From positions 4,098-68,097 of the IMG/VR virus record IMGVR_UViG_3300028030_000012: DNA of 64,000 nt. One strand, given 5' to 3'. The notes under the pieces were generated by a model. It ran no database searches. It saw only the letters and a list, made by a program, of their open reading frames with translations, and was not told the DNA's origin. Both the position numbers and the translations under genes were made by a program. Shown piece after piece: positions 1 through 9,992 of this stretch. Position 1 is the stretch's first letter; each line of letters opens with the position of its first letter. The DNA comes from a virus.

Positions 1-196
1 GAGATTTTGTAAGATTAGTAAGAGTTTTAGCATGATTTGCCTTAAGACAAATGCTTGCAGTTTTCTTTTTTGTTAAATACACCATTTCTGCTACTGTTTT
101 TTCCAACTCTATAGAATTTTGTCGAGAGGGGGCATTTAAAAACTTTTTGACTGTAGTTACTAATTCTTTTAATAATTTTTTATATTGATTTGCCAT
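1..196 (-). CDS. hypothetical protein, runs off the left edge of the window
   Basis: ATG at 196 after an A-rich leader; open frame MANQYKKLLKELVTTVKKFLNAPS... to the edge. Confidence 0.6.
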   Translation of the reverse strand, partial: MANQYKKLLKELVTTVKKFLNAPSRQNSIELEKTVAEMVYLTKKKTASICLKANHAKTLTNLTKS

Positions 197-223
197 ATTT
201 GTAATTTTAGGTTAGTAATAGAA

Positions 224-243
224 CCTACCCCCGAAGGGGTAGG
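224..243 (-). terminator. hairpin with cUUCGg tetraloop after the SSB-like gene
   Basis: minus strand CCTACCCC-TTCG-GGGGTAGG followed by TTCTATT. Confidence 0.65.
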
Positions 244-252
244 GTATATTAT

Positions 253-900
253 TTAAAAGGGTAAATCTTCAGTTTTATCAACTGGAATATCAGTAACCGT
301 GGGGTAGGTATTAGATGTTTCCAGTAAAGGGTTTTTAGTACGTTGGTAGCCATTGTCCTGTTTTGGACGAATTAAGACATCTCTTCCATCAATCATCTGG
401 ATTCGAGTATCGGCATCGGCCACTTTGTCTTTACGTTCAATCCATTCAGTACTGTCGTAAATATAAGAAGGGGTAGTTACCCAACCATTTTTATCATAAG
501 TAGCTTTAATACGTAGTTTAATTCCTTTAGTTTTACCTTCTAATTTTGTTTTAATAAAACTACAGAATTCGGAAAAACCAGAGAAACTTTTATCTTTAAA
601 TTCCTCTTCAGGTACGAATAATTTAGCAACCTTCAGAATTCTTTTCATCTGTAGGTCAATAACGGCTTCATATCCTTGTTTTTTCTTATCTGGAAGACTT
701 TCGTAATTCTCAGGAAGATTAACTTCCCATTCAGTCTTTGAGAGTCGTTGTCCTGCACTATTAGTATAGTAATACGCAAAGAATGTCTTATTATTCTTTG
801 ATTTATCAAGTACAGTTTCGGTTAGCTCAACTTCATGTATCCCTACACCAATGTAAGAAGGAGCTTTGGTTGTTAGAACCTCTTCAGTTATTTTATACAT
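253..900 (-). CDS. putative single-stranded DNA-binding protein
   Basis: acidic C-tail ending EDLPF; follows an AAA ATPase as in crAss-like replication modules. Confidence 0.6.
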   Translation of the reverse strand: MYKITEEVLTTKAPSYIGVGIHEVELTETVLDKSKNNKTFFAYYYTNSAGQRLSKTEWEVNLPENYESLPDKKKQGYEAVIDLQMKRILKVAKLFVPEEEFKDKSFSGFSEFCSFIKTKLEGKTKGIKLRIKATYDKNGWVTTPSYIYDSTEWIERKDKVADADTRIQMIDGRDVLIRPKQDNGYQRTKNPLLETSNTYPTVTDIPVDKTEDLPF

Positions 901-905
901 AGTTC

Positions 906-1604
906 TTATTTTTCATACTCCTTGTATTTCTCAATAACATTTTGTAAATTATTGGGGATACGGTATTCTGGAAATAGGTTTAGTGGAGACCTACAAGTGT
1001 TTTTTCCATTATTTTGTGTTAAAAAGTAATATTCTGGTTTTCCATCTTTCATTACAACCTCTGTATAGAGAATTAAATGAAAAAAAGATTCCGGTACTAT
1101 TTTTTCCTTAATTAATTTCCCCCCTATAACTTTAAAAGAGGATTTTAATTCGCCATTTACATCATAATTATCTTCTATGTGCGACATGATTACTATAACA
1201 AGGTCATCACGAAGTTTTCTAGCAGATTTAATGATGTTATAAGTATCTAATGCAAAATCCCCAAATTTATCAAACCCTTTTTCTTTGAGTCTAAGCATAA
1301 ACTCATTTGTCATGATACTTGTAATAGTATCAATAATTAAAGTTTTAATATGGGGCATATCTTTAGATACAGCTTTCATAAGCTCTAACACTATGACAGG
1401 GTCAGTAGTTTCGAAATAGTTACTTTTTTGTAGATCAAGTTTGTTATTTTCTTTGTAAACAGTTTTGTAATTGGTTTTTGACCCTGGCAACGGTAAAGGT
1501 TTTTCGTCAGAATGTATGACGAAAGTTGTTTTTGGGTCCAATTCTTGTATACTAGTAGTTTTACCAGTACCAGGAGGTCCCATTACTAATATGGGTGTTG
1601 CCAT
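906..1604 (-). CDS. AAA_24/Sak4-like P-loop ATPase
   Basis: Walker A GPPGTGKT, Walker B LIIDT. Confidence 0.8.
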   Translation of the reverse strand: MATPILVMGPPGTGKTTSIQELDPKTTFVIHSDEKPLPLPGSKTNYKTVYKENNKLDLQKSNYFETTDPVIVLELMKAVSKDMPHIKTLIIDTITSIMTNEFMLRLKEKGFDKFGDFALDTYNIIKSARKLRDDLVIVIMSHIEDNYDVNGELKSSFKVIGGKLIKEKIVPESFFHLILYTEVVMKDGKPEYYFLTQNNGKNTCRSPLNLFPEYRIPNNLQNVIEKYKEYEK

Positions 1605-1639
1605 TAATTACATTTAAGAAAATAAATTATTGTTTATAT

Positions 1640-2275
1640 TTACGAAATAGAAAAAATATTTTTTAGGATATAAGGTACGCCTTGTTCTTCAGATTGTTTT
1701 TTAGTTGAAGGCTTTTTATTTTTAAGTAAGGCCTCTATAGAACAAGTGTCATCATAATCTATACGAGAATTACCTACACGTATAAAATTAGAGTGGTAAG
1801 TAATTTTGGTACATGAAGATTGGTTTTTAGCTTTTTCATTAGCTTTCTCATTAGCTTTCTTAAAGGTATGTACGACGAATTTTTCAAGTCTATCCAAAAT
1901 AGTACTGAAATCTTTTTCCATATCGAATACGGGAAGTGTGTATATAGGTAAGTTTGGAAATGCTTGGTAATCTGCAAGAGTGCCAAAAGAAATGTCATCT
2001 TTATGGCTTACTCCTACTAGAATAACATCTGATGAAGTATTCTCAATGCGACCTTCTTCACGATAACGTTTGAAATTAGGAGTTACAGAAAGTGTTTCCA
2101 TTACTTTAGTTAATTCTCCTTTAAACTTATGTTTAGTATTTAAACCTTCTATTTTAAGAGTAGGTAACAGTGTTAGAGAAGCTGTTAGGGCAGCAAGCCA
2201 AATATCTTTGTTAATAGATTTGGAAGTTGTTTTATATTTAATTGCAAATGCGAATTCTTTGTTTTTAATAGTCAT
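1640..2275 (-). CDS. hypothetical protein
   Basis: 211-aa ORF in the operon. Confidence 0.7.
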   Translation of the reverse strand: MTIKNKEFAFAIKYKTTSKSINKDIWLAALTASLTLLPTLKIEGLNTKHKFKGELTKVMETLSVTPNFKRYREEGRIENTSSDVILVGVSHKDDISFGTLADYQAFPNLPIYTLPVFDMEKDFSTILDRLEKFVVHTFKKANEKANEKAKNQSSCTKITYHSNFIRVGNSRIDYDDTCSIEALLKNKKPSTKKQSEEQGVPYILKNIFSIS

Positions 2276-2288
2276 GTGGCAATATGTA

Positions 2289-3269
2289 TTAATTATTATT
2301 GAGTTTTAAAACACTTTCGGCAGGATCGCCTTTTGGGGCATCTTCTATTCGATTGTATTTTAAATTATTATTAAATTGTAGTACTTTGACTTCCCCATCC
2401 CTGTTTTTGAGTAGGTGAAGATAAATTTTATTTTTAGTGGGCCAATTCTTTTTTCCATATAATGCTATACCTAAAATTTCTGGTCTATGTATAACAATTA
2501 AATAGTCAGAAGCTTGGAACAGGGAATCTCCACCAAATATATCAGAACGCATAGGAAAATGCATAGAAGGGCTAGTAACACGATCACTTTTTTCTATATT
2601 CCTATTCATTTGAGAGAGTTGTATAATAGAAGTTCTACTCAGCTTTTTTACACGCATAAACATGTATTGAAGGTCTGTTAAAATCTTCCTCTCTGCGTCC
2701 CCAGTTCTACCTTTTGTTAGAAGTACATGGTCTAGCATTACGATAAGCCATTTATTTTTCGCTAAGGTTCTTAGGAAATGATGAATAGTTTCTTCAATTT
2801 CCTCCACATTGCCAGGCATATCTACATAATAGATTTCGTAATTTTTTATTTTCTCAGCAGCTCCTTTGACAGCGTCAAGGTCTGAATCTGAGAGTTTTTT
2901 AGAAGAATCTCCGCTATAGAGTTCTTTAGTTGTCTTATTTAGTTTACTAGAAAGTTTTCTGCCTACTTGTCGTGCGCTTAACATTTCAAAATTGAAAGAT
3001 AAAACGACAAAATTAGCATTTGGGTTTAGATCAAATAAATCTGTTTCAAGGCTATTTGCAAAACTACTTTTACCACTTCCTGAAATTCCTGCTATAGTCA
3101 TTATAATATTGGGTTCTATTCCTCCCATCGTAAGACGATTTAACTTTGACCAGCGAGTTTTAAGGGAATTTAAAATACCCTTTTTTCTTTTAGTGATATA
3201 ATCTACAGCTTCGTCAGATGCCACTGATATGTGCTTGTAATGAAGTATTTTATTCGAGCTCTTCTCCAT
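2289..3269 (-). CDS. dnaB: DnaB-like replicative helicase (motor domain only)
   Basis: AGISGSGKS, FNFEM, VMLDH, LSQMNR, LLKNRDG superfamily 4 motifs. Confidence 0.9.
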   Translation of the reverse strand: MEKSSNKILHYKHISVASDEAVDYITKRKKGILNSLKTRWSKLNRLTMGGIEPNIIMTIAGISGSGKSSFANSLETDLFDLNPNANFVVLSFNFEMLSARQVGRKLSSKLNKTTKELYSGDSSKKLSDSDLDAVKGAAEKIKNYEIYYVDMPGNVEEIEETIHHFLRTLAKNKWLIVMLDHVLLTKGRTGDAERKILTDLQYMFMRVKKLSRTSIIQLSQMNRNIEKSDRVTSPSMHFPMRSDIFGGDSLFQASDYLIVIHRPEILGIALYGKKNWPTKNKIYLHLLKNRDGEVKVLQFNNNLKYNRIEDAPKGDPAESVLKLNNN

Positions 3270-3819
3270 AGGTCTCTTCTTTAAGATCTAAGATGGAATT
3301 TCTAGCCTCATCTTTCATACGCTCTCCCCAAATAACCCATTCTTCTGAATTGAGCCAATTAGGTAATTTCTTCATCCATTGCATTTCGTTATTTAAAGTG
3401 CGATGTTTAATTTCGAATTTTAAACAGCTCATGATAAAGTCATGCATATCTCTGCGGCGACCTACTTTGCGTAAGTATTTAGTTTTGCTTCTTTTAGTAT
3501 CTGTTTTTAGGTAGTCTTTTTTACCGTCAGGGCGTATTACTGAAGTAGGGAAAAGGTTCAAGATATCTTTAAAAATATCAGTACCTTCTACCATCTCTTT
3601 GCCTTGTGTGGTTAATTTTAATTTACTAGTTGTAGCCCCCTCAATAAGATTTCTTTCTTTAAGTTTTTCTATATCCTCTCTGAAAGGATCTTCATGAAGT
3701 TTGGTTTTTAACTTTTTAATTAAATTAATCTTATTACCTTGGATAAGGTAAAGTATAATTAATTGATTAGGAAGAAGTTTATTTTTTATTAAAAAATCCC
3801 CTTCCAAGTTTAGTTCCAT
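3250..3819 (-). CDS. putative replisome organizer / helicase loader
   Basis: overlaps the dnaB start; N-terminal wHTH-like segment, FP...WLN..W C-terminal pattern. Confidence 0.55.
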   Translation of the reverse strand: MELNLEGDFLIKNKLLPNQLIILYLIQGNKINLIKKLKTKLHEDPFREDIEKLKERNLIEGATTSKLKLTTQGKEMVEGTDIFKDILNLFPTSVIRPDGKKDYLKTDTKRSKTKYLRKVGRRRDMHDFIMSCLKFEIKHRTLNNEMQWMKKLPNWLNSEEWVIWGERMKDEARNSILDLKEETYGEELE

Positions 3820-4134
3820 ATCATAAGTATTATTAGAGAGCTAAATTATTTGTAAATTTAGGGATTTCTGATATGTATGCTCATATTAAATTTATAAGTA
3901 TAGGAAAAATCCTATAATTGCTACATTTTTATATTTATTATGGTATTAGGCTTGTTAAAGTTTTGTACTATGTGAGTGTTTTTTTCACTTAATGGGCAAT
4001 ATGTAACCGGTTTGCCGTCCGTTGTAATTATAGGATTTATTTATGTTTAAGGCTTTAATTATTGTTTGGGTAAAACTTTGCCTTTATATTATTAGAGTGT
4101 CTTAAATAGGCTTTAAAATGCGTTCTAGGGGGTA

Positions 4135-6108
4135 TCAATGACTCCAATGAGATGCTATTTCTGGAACAGTAGTCATTTTTATGTGTTTTACAAAAAATTC
4201 ACCTGCTTTTTCCATAGCATTTTTAAGTAGAGTGGAAGCTGTTTCAGCGAGTTCTTTTATAGCTTCTATGATTATTTCATCATGCACTACATTAACTAGC
4301 TTTATTTTAGCATTTTTAACAGGTCTTATATTTAATTTAAGAAGTTCGTTTCGAGCTAATATAAGGGCTGTTTTAGTCATATCTCCTGCAGTACCCTGTA
4401 CTGGAGTATTCATACCTTTACGTTCTACTCTACCTTTTGCTTTAGCAGCTTTACTTCGATCTTCTTTACTAAGTTGGTTATAGGGTTTATTTTGAAATTC
4501 TTGATAAATTTCCCATTCTGGTATCCATCTTATACGATTTGTAATAGTATTTGTACGAATATACCCATTAGTAAGTGCAAAGGTTTTATTTTTAGTAAAT
4601 AATGCTTTTAAAGTAGGGAACCCTGTATAAAAGGAATTTATAAGCTCTTCGGCTTCTGCTAATGCTATTTTAAGTGTTTTTGAAAGGGTAAAGGCAGACC
4701 CTCCGAAAGAGATCATAAAATTTAATATTTTTCCTTTTTGTCTGTATTCTTTATTTTCATTGGTTTTAGTCACAATGAATTTCTTGCCAAAAGAGGCTGA
4801 GAACATTTTAGTTGCAATAAAACTATGGGCATCTCCGTCACCATGATTAAAAAAATTAATGTAATCTTTATCTTTTGCTTTATCTGCCATTATTCTACCT
4901 TCTTGATTGGCATAATCAGCAGATATTATTAGATTACCAAATTCAGCTGTAAAAGCCTCTCTAAATTCTTTTTCACTTGGTATTTGCTGCATATTAGGAT
5001 TACTACTACTCATTCTACCAGTATCAACCATTTGATTAAAATGGGAATGTAGTCTACCATCTTTTTCTAAATGTTTTTCTAAGAACTTTTTTCCAAAAGT
5101 ACTTATTATTTTAGCTTCTTTTCTATACTGTATAAGTGCAGTTACGAATTCAGATTTACTATTCAGTAAGAGCAAAGCAGGAGTTCCTGAACCAGATTTT
5201 CCATCTTTGTCTTCAGGGAATATTTTAAATACTTCTGTAAGTATTTTATAAACTTGTTTGTCACTGTTCCAATTAACTGCAGTATATCTTTCTCTTTTAT
5301 TTGAGAAGAATAAGGATAATTGGAAAGCTTTTTGTTCGAAATTAGGATCTTTTTGAATTAAAAGAGTATCTAGTTTTTTAATGGTTTCTACTAATCTTAA
5401 TGAATAAGAAGTACTTATTTTTAACCATTTCCTAGTGCTAATAGCTATACCATTATATTCAATATCTGCTACTGCAAGTACAGATTTATTTTCGAGATTA
5501 ATAGTTTTATGTAATTTGTATTTTTTAATCCAATGTTTTTGAGCTTCTTTTATCTCTAAAGGGTATACTACATCCATAGCTCCATATTTTATTTGGTCAA
5601 AAGTAAAAGGGCTAGAGCTTAGTGTTGTAAATTCATTACGTATAGTTTTAGAGATTTCCTTTTCAAAATAATGTAAATAAACACCTGCTAAAGAAAAGCG
5701 TTTATTCAGCCTTATATAAGTTTGAGAGTATTTTCCATTATATATAACTTTGTCGGCTAACATAGTATCATATACTTTATACAAAACAATATTATATTGT
5801 TTTAACATATTGTAGTCAAATTTGATATTATGCCCTATAAATGTTATACTTTTTCTTTCTAAAAAGGGCTTTATGGTAGAAAAATCAAAACCCCTTGTGT
5901 CAATTACCAATTGAATATTTTTAAAACCTATTTGAAGCATTACGATATTGTCTGTTAGGGGGTTGAGGCCAGTAGTTTCAACATCTAAAGCTGCAAAATG
6001 ATTAATTTTAAACAGTTCTTTCAGTTTAACAAGGAGTTCGGATTTATCTATTTGTTTTATTTCAGAATCTTTCAAAAACGAAGTCTGTTCAGAATAGAAA
6101 TATATCAT
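4135..6108 (-). CDS. polA: family A DNA polymerase with 3'-5' exonuclease
   Basis: ExoI ALDVETTG, ExoII GHNIKFD, TGRMSSSNPNMQQIP, motif A DYANQE, motif B RQKGKILNF, motif C HDE. Confidence 0.95.
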   Translation of the reverse strand: MIYFYSEQTSFLKDSEIKQIDKSELLVKLKELFKINHFAALDVETTGLNPLTDNIVMLQIGFKNIQLVIDTRGFDFSTIKPFLERKSITFIGHNIKFDYNMLKQYNIVLYKVYDTMLADKVIYNGKYSQTYIRLNKRFSLAGVYLHYFEKEISKTIRNEFTTLSSSPFTFDQIKYGAMDVVYPLEIKEAQKHWIKKYKLHKTINLENKSVLAVADIEYNGIAISTRKWLKISTSYSLRLVETIKKLDTLLIQKDPNFEQKAFQLSLFFSNKRERYTAVNWNSDKQVYKILTEVFKIFPEDKDGKSGSGTPALLLLNSKSEFVTALIQYRKEAKIISTFGKKFLEKHLEKDGRLHSHFNQMVDTGRMSSSNPNMQQIPSEKEFREAFTAEFGNLIISADYANQEGRIMADKAKDKDYINFFNHGDGDAHSFIATKMFSASFGKKFIVTKTNENKEYRQKGKILNFMISFGGSAFTLSKTLKIALAEAEELINSFYTGFPTLKALFTKNKTFALTNGYIRTNTITNRIRWIPEWEIYQEFQNKPYNQLSKEDRSKAAKAKGRVERKGMNTPVQGTAGDMTKTALILARNELLKLNIRPVKNAKIKLVNVVHDEIIIEAIKELAETASTLLKNAMEKAGEFFVKHIKMTTVPEIASHWSH

Positions 6109-6175
6109 TTTTCTTTCTCATTTTATAGATTTAATAAATTAATTCTGAAATATAAAATGAAAAATTTGAAAAGTG

Positions 6176-6715
6176 TTAAAGTGGAATTGCTAGATATTCT
6201 ACTCTAATCCGCATACTTTTATTATAATTGGCTTGTTTAAAGTAAATATCTTCTATTTTTTCTTTGCAATTCTTTACTTGGGTATCTAAATAAGTCTTAA
6301 ATTTTGAAGAGGGTTTATCTTTTTCAAATAAACGATAAGCAAGTTTGGAATAAATAGATTTTAAAGTTTGTAAATCACTTGAACGATATATATGAGCATT
6401 TATACCAAAAGTCATATTATCGGGATCTCCTACGTTTGCAATAGCGTTTAATTGTTTAAAGATGGTTAAATTATATTGTAACCCCTCTATAACTTTAATT
6501 CTAGCTTTTATATTCTCTTCAGACAATTTAGAATTATTTAATATTTCTGCGGATATGGATTTAATTTTTGTAACTGTACGCAGCTTTAACTCAATTAATT
6601 CTTTTAGAGACATTTCTTTTATTACAGTTACCCAATTAGTTGAAGGAGGGGGGGTTAAGACAGCTTTTAATGTGGGGTTAATGATTTTATTTGGAATGTT
6701 TGAGTTTTTTCCCAT
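6176..6715 (-). CDS. hypothetical protein
   Basis: 179-aa helical ORF in the operon. Confidence 0.65.
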   Translation of the reverse strand: MGKNSNIPNKIINPTLKAVLTPPPSTNWVTVIKEMSLKELIELKLRTVTKIKSISAEILNNSKLSEENIKARIKVIEGLQYNLTIFKQLNAIANVGDPDNMTFGINAHIYRSSDLQTLKSIYSKLAYRLFEKDKPSSKFKTYLDTQVKNCKEKIEDIYFKQANYNKSMRIRVEYLAIPL

Positions 6716-7353
6716 TTTTTGTAATTTTGAAAATTTAACATAATGTTTAGTAAATCTTCTTTACTACATGATAATAACTTTGTTAAATCTATACTTTTAT
6801 TATGTATGCGAATCTCATAATGCAGGTGAGGGCCAGTAGAGATACCTGTATTTCCTAATAAAGCTATTTTTTGGCCTATTTTAATAACACTTCCTTTTTT
6901 TACGAGGGTTTTGTTTAAATGCCCGTACATAGAAGTAATACCTTTACCATGATCTATCATGATGTATTTACCATAACCATGGGCATAACATACTTTTTTA
7001 ACGATGCCGTTAGCAGTTGCATAAACAGGTGTTTTTAGTTTACCTGCAAAATCAATTCCTTTATGTAATCTTACTATTCCTAGTATAGGGTGCTTACGTT
7101 TTCCATAAAAATCACTTATTCTTGAAAACCCTTCTAAATCTAAGGGGAATGCAAGTGGTAAATTAGTAGTAGTTATATTAAAATGATTTTTTAGATAGGA
7201 ATTTGCTGAGGTATTCGCTAGTAATGCTCTGAATATAATACTTTTTAAGTTTCTAGAAATCACTGTTTTTGTAAAAGATTTGAAAGAAAATGAATTCACT
7301 TTTGTCGAAAAACTATTAAGTATTAGTAGCAAAGCTATAAATAAATTTCTCAT
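6667..7353 (-). CDS. M23 family peptidoglycan metallo-endopeptidase with signal peptide
   Basis: HKGIDF, YGHL, STGPHLHYE; hydrophobic N-terminus. Confidence 0.9.
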   Translation of the reverse strand: MRNLFIALLLILNSFSTKVNSFSFKSFTKTVISRNLKSIIFRALLANTSANSYLKNHFNITTTNLPLAFPLDLEGFSRISDFYGKRKHPILGIVRLHKGIDFAGKLKTPVYATANGIVKKVCYAHGYGKYIMIDHGKGITSMYGHLNKTLVKKGSVIKIGQKIALLGNTGISTGPHLHYEIRIHNKSIDLTKLLSCSKEDLLNIMLNFQNYKKWEKTQTFQIKSLTPH

Positions 7354-7431
7354 TTTCTAAGTTTTCGTTAATACTTGCATTTCTTATTCTGATGTTTCAG
7401 ATAGGAATGCTTAACTTTAGAGCCATTAGTC

Positions 7432-7458
7432 TACGTAGTAGGAAGATATAAGGTTTAG
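7432..7458 (-). promoter_or_regulatory. AAC-N17-CGTA promoter-like motif, copy 1
   Basis: minus strand CTAAAC-cttatatcttcctacta-CGTA right after a terminator, about 80 nt before the M23 ATG. Confidence 0.5.
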
Positions 7459-7459
7459 T

Positions 7460-7492
7460 GCTAAAAGGGGTACTTAAATTCCCCCTTTTAGC
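7460..7492 (-). terminator. intrinsic terminator-like hairpin
   Basis: 11-bp stem GCTAAAAGGGG/CCCCTTTTAGC. Confidence 0.6.
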
Positions 7493-7537
7493 TTGGTGTA
7501 GGTTGTTCGTTTATTTCTTTATTTATTTCCATCCAGT

Positions 7538-8518
7538 TTAAAAGGGTATATTTAATTCTATTTGTTTAGCGTTAAATATATTTTTAGCTCTTTGGTGGTT
7601 GGAATAAGAAGCGGTATATTTTTTTCTAAAGCGGATATTCTTTTGCTTCTTTTTAGACTTAATTTGTTCTATGATAGGGGCTTTATCACCTATTGTTAAA
7701 GTTTTTACCATTATTAATTTAGGGTGATTTGCAGTACCTATGACTTTTATAATTCGTTTTTTTCTTTTGGCTCTGGCTTTTACAGCTTTAATTAAAGCTT
7801 CTTCTTTCTGTCTTTTTTTCTTTCGATCATTTCTTTTAAATCGAGCAAAGGATTTATCCATATTTTGAGGACTTCCTGGTAGAGTTAATTTACCTACTGT
7901 CCATAAAAGAGTTATATTAGATGATTTTTCTGCTCTAGCATTTTTCCATTCTTGTTTAGGTATAAATGCCCAATTTTCAGAAGCTACCATAGTGGTTGCA
8001 AGAGATTGGAGCACTCTTGCTATAGTATTTTCTTTTCTAATACAGACTAATCTGTTAGAGTGTCTAATATGCTTTTTATGCCTTTGTTTAAGGGCGTATG
8101 CTTCTCGTTTTAGCTTGTTTTCTTTTATACAGGCTTCAACATACTTATGGTGTCTTTTAGCTTGCATAGAAGGTGTATAAACCTTTTTTTCTTTTTTTAC
8201 AGCTCTTTTAGATGAATTGAGTTCTTTTTGAATTTCTTTAGCCCGTTCTATACTAATTGCTATAGTAAGACCTGGATCTTTAGAATAACAATAATTTTTA
8301 ATTACTTCTTCTAAAGTATATAATTGTGATTTACCAGGTTTTGTAATTTTTTTAATAGGTCGAGACTTCTTTCTATTTTTAAGTAATTTATTTTTTTTAA
8401 TTTGTTTTTTCTTTGCTCTTCGTTGAGCTAAAGTGGTTTTATTTTTAGTAATTGCTTTTTGCTTAGCATTTACTTTTATTTCCGGTTTTTTAATAACTTT
8501 CTTTTCTAGTATAACCAT
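7538..8518 (-). CDS. very basic Lys/Arg-rich hypothetical protein
   Basis: 326-aa ORF with K/R runs. Confidence 0.65.
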   Translation of the reverse strand: MVILEKKVIKKPEIKVNAKQKAITKNKTTLAQRRAKKKQIKKNKLLKNRKKSRPIKKITKPGKSQLYTLEEVIKNYCYSKDPGLTIAISIERAKEIQKELNSSKRAVKKEKKVYTPSMQAKRHHKYVEACIKENKLKREAYALKQRHKKHIRHSNRLVCIRKENTIARVLQSLATTMVASENWAFIPKQEWKNARAEKSSNITLLWTVGKLTLPGSPQNMDKSFARFKRNDRKKKRQKEEALIKAVKARAKRKKRIIKVIGTANHPKLIMVKTLTIGDKAPIIEQIKSKKKQKNIRFRKKYTASYSNHQRAKNIFNAKQIELNIPF

Positions 8519-8553
8519 TTATTTGTAAATTTTAGTTGGGGAAACTAAATAGT

Positions 8554-8583
8554 AGCAGGCTTTAAATCGAATTAAAGCCTGCT
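8554..8583. terminator. intergenic hairpin
   Basis: 12-bp perfect stem AGCAGGCTTTAA/TTAAAGCCTGCT. Confidence 0.5.
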
Positions 8584-8605
8584 TATGATTATATTTATTG
8601 CTGAG

Positions 8606-9727
8606 TTATATCAGATCTAAAGATTCTGTTAATCTGTATACTCTAGCCATTTTTCTATCTAAATTTGGAATACCTGTTAAGCATATTCCAACTTGTTTTA
8701 AACTGTAATTTGGTCTATCTGTCTCTAATATTTCTTGTAAAGAAAGTAAAGAAGCTGAAGGCAAAGCTTTAATTTTTTTAAAAGCTACATTATTAGTTGA
8801 AGGTACCCATCTAGTTAATAAAACATTCAGATTTAACTGTTTTATACTAGAAACTTGTTCAGTTAATATGTTTTTAGTTCTAACAAGGGATTTCTTTAAA
8901 TAAGATTGTTCATAGTCTATTGGTAGACTTCTGCCAGCATACCCTACTTCAAGACAGAAATTACTAAAATGATTATAAGCAGTTAAGAATAATGCGGTAT
9001 TTGAATTGTTGTTATTCAATTCTACAATTGCTTGTTGGTAATCTTCAGCTAAATCTTTACTTAAAGCAATCATGCTTTTAGGTATAATATAATTTATTAC
9101 TTCTTTTATGGAAGTTATAACTTTTTTTCTTGAGTACCAATGTTTTTTAATAACAATAGTCCCATCAGATTTTATTCTGAAAGATTTTTTACCTGTGAAT
9201 AGTAATTGTAAAATTGCTTTTAAATGTTGTTTGTTTTTTTTATGCATATTTAAAGTATTAGAATATGATTTTATACTTGCAATTCTTAGAGTTGGATAAT
9301 TACTAATCTCAGGGTATTTTAATCCGGGAGATCTAGCTTTTGCATCAGTTTTACTAATTTTTGCATTAGCTTCGTTTTGAATTTTGGTTTTTAGAGGTTG
9401 CTCTAAGGATGCTGTAGTTTTGTTTAAAATTAAAGAACTTTTTATAATAATTGGTTTACGTACAATTATATGTCCTTTTTTGTAATACTTCTGAAAAAGA
9501 GTTGTTGTATCTTTAACAGCTGTAACTGTTATTTCTGGTAGAAAGTAACTTGCTTCAAATACCTCGAAAGGCTCCACAATTTTGGGGGATGTTACAGTTA
9601 TTTTTTCTTTGGTTTCAATATGCTGTTTAGCAGTATTTACTTCACAATTTACATAAGAAATTGTAAATATACTTCCTAGCATAAAGCTTACCAAATACCC
9701 CATTAAAGTAATAATAAATTTAGACAT
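8606..9727 (-). CDS. hypothetical protein with N-terminal membrane anchor
   Basis: 373 aa; N-terminal hydrophobic helix. Confidence 0.65.
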   Translation of the reverse strand: MSKFIITLMGYLVSFMLGSIFTISYVNCEVNTAKQHIETKEKITVTSPKIVEPFEVFEASYFLPEITVTAVKDTTTLFQKYYKKGHIIVRKPIIIKSSLILNKTTASLEQPLKTKIQNEANAKISKTDAKARSPGLKYPEISNYPTLRIASIKSYSNTLNMHKKNKQHLKAILQLLFTGKKSFRIKSDGTIVIKKHWYSRKKVITSIKEVINYIIPKSMIALSKDLAEDYQQAIVELNNNNSNTALFLTAYNHFSNFCLEVGYAGRSLPIDYEQSYLKKSLVRTKNILTEQVSSIKQLNLNVLLTRWVPSTNNVAFKKIKALPSASLLSLQEILETDRPNYSLKQVGICLTGIPNLDRKMARVYRLTESLDLI

Positions 9728-9992
9728 ACTAAAATTATTTAAGGTTTATTTTGAAATGTTCGTGCTTATCGGTGGGAACGTCTCACCGCTATACATAATG
9801 CATAGATACGTTAGATACGTATTTTTTTCGTAATAGGCTTTCTTAAAATCCATTTAAATTTTTAATCTTCCCTTAAGGTACTATAAAGTATTCTAACGAC
9901 TAGTCAACTTTGATTAAAATTTGTAAATTTTGAAAATTTCTGACAACAGGGACCTACGGGTAATATTGTTATTTACCTAATTACTGTTTTGA

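Noticed and set aside
3820-4134. 315-bp AT-rich gap after polA as an origin or ncRNA
   Set aside because: No iterons or strong stems seen; too little evidence
198-9935. Recurring minus-strand AAATT(T)ACAAA motif (about 198, 3850, 6718, 8521, 9920)
   Set aside because: Low-complexity A-rich sequence consistent with ordinary Bacteroidota translation initiation regions
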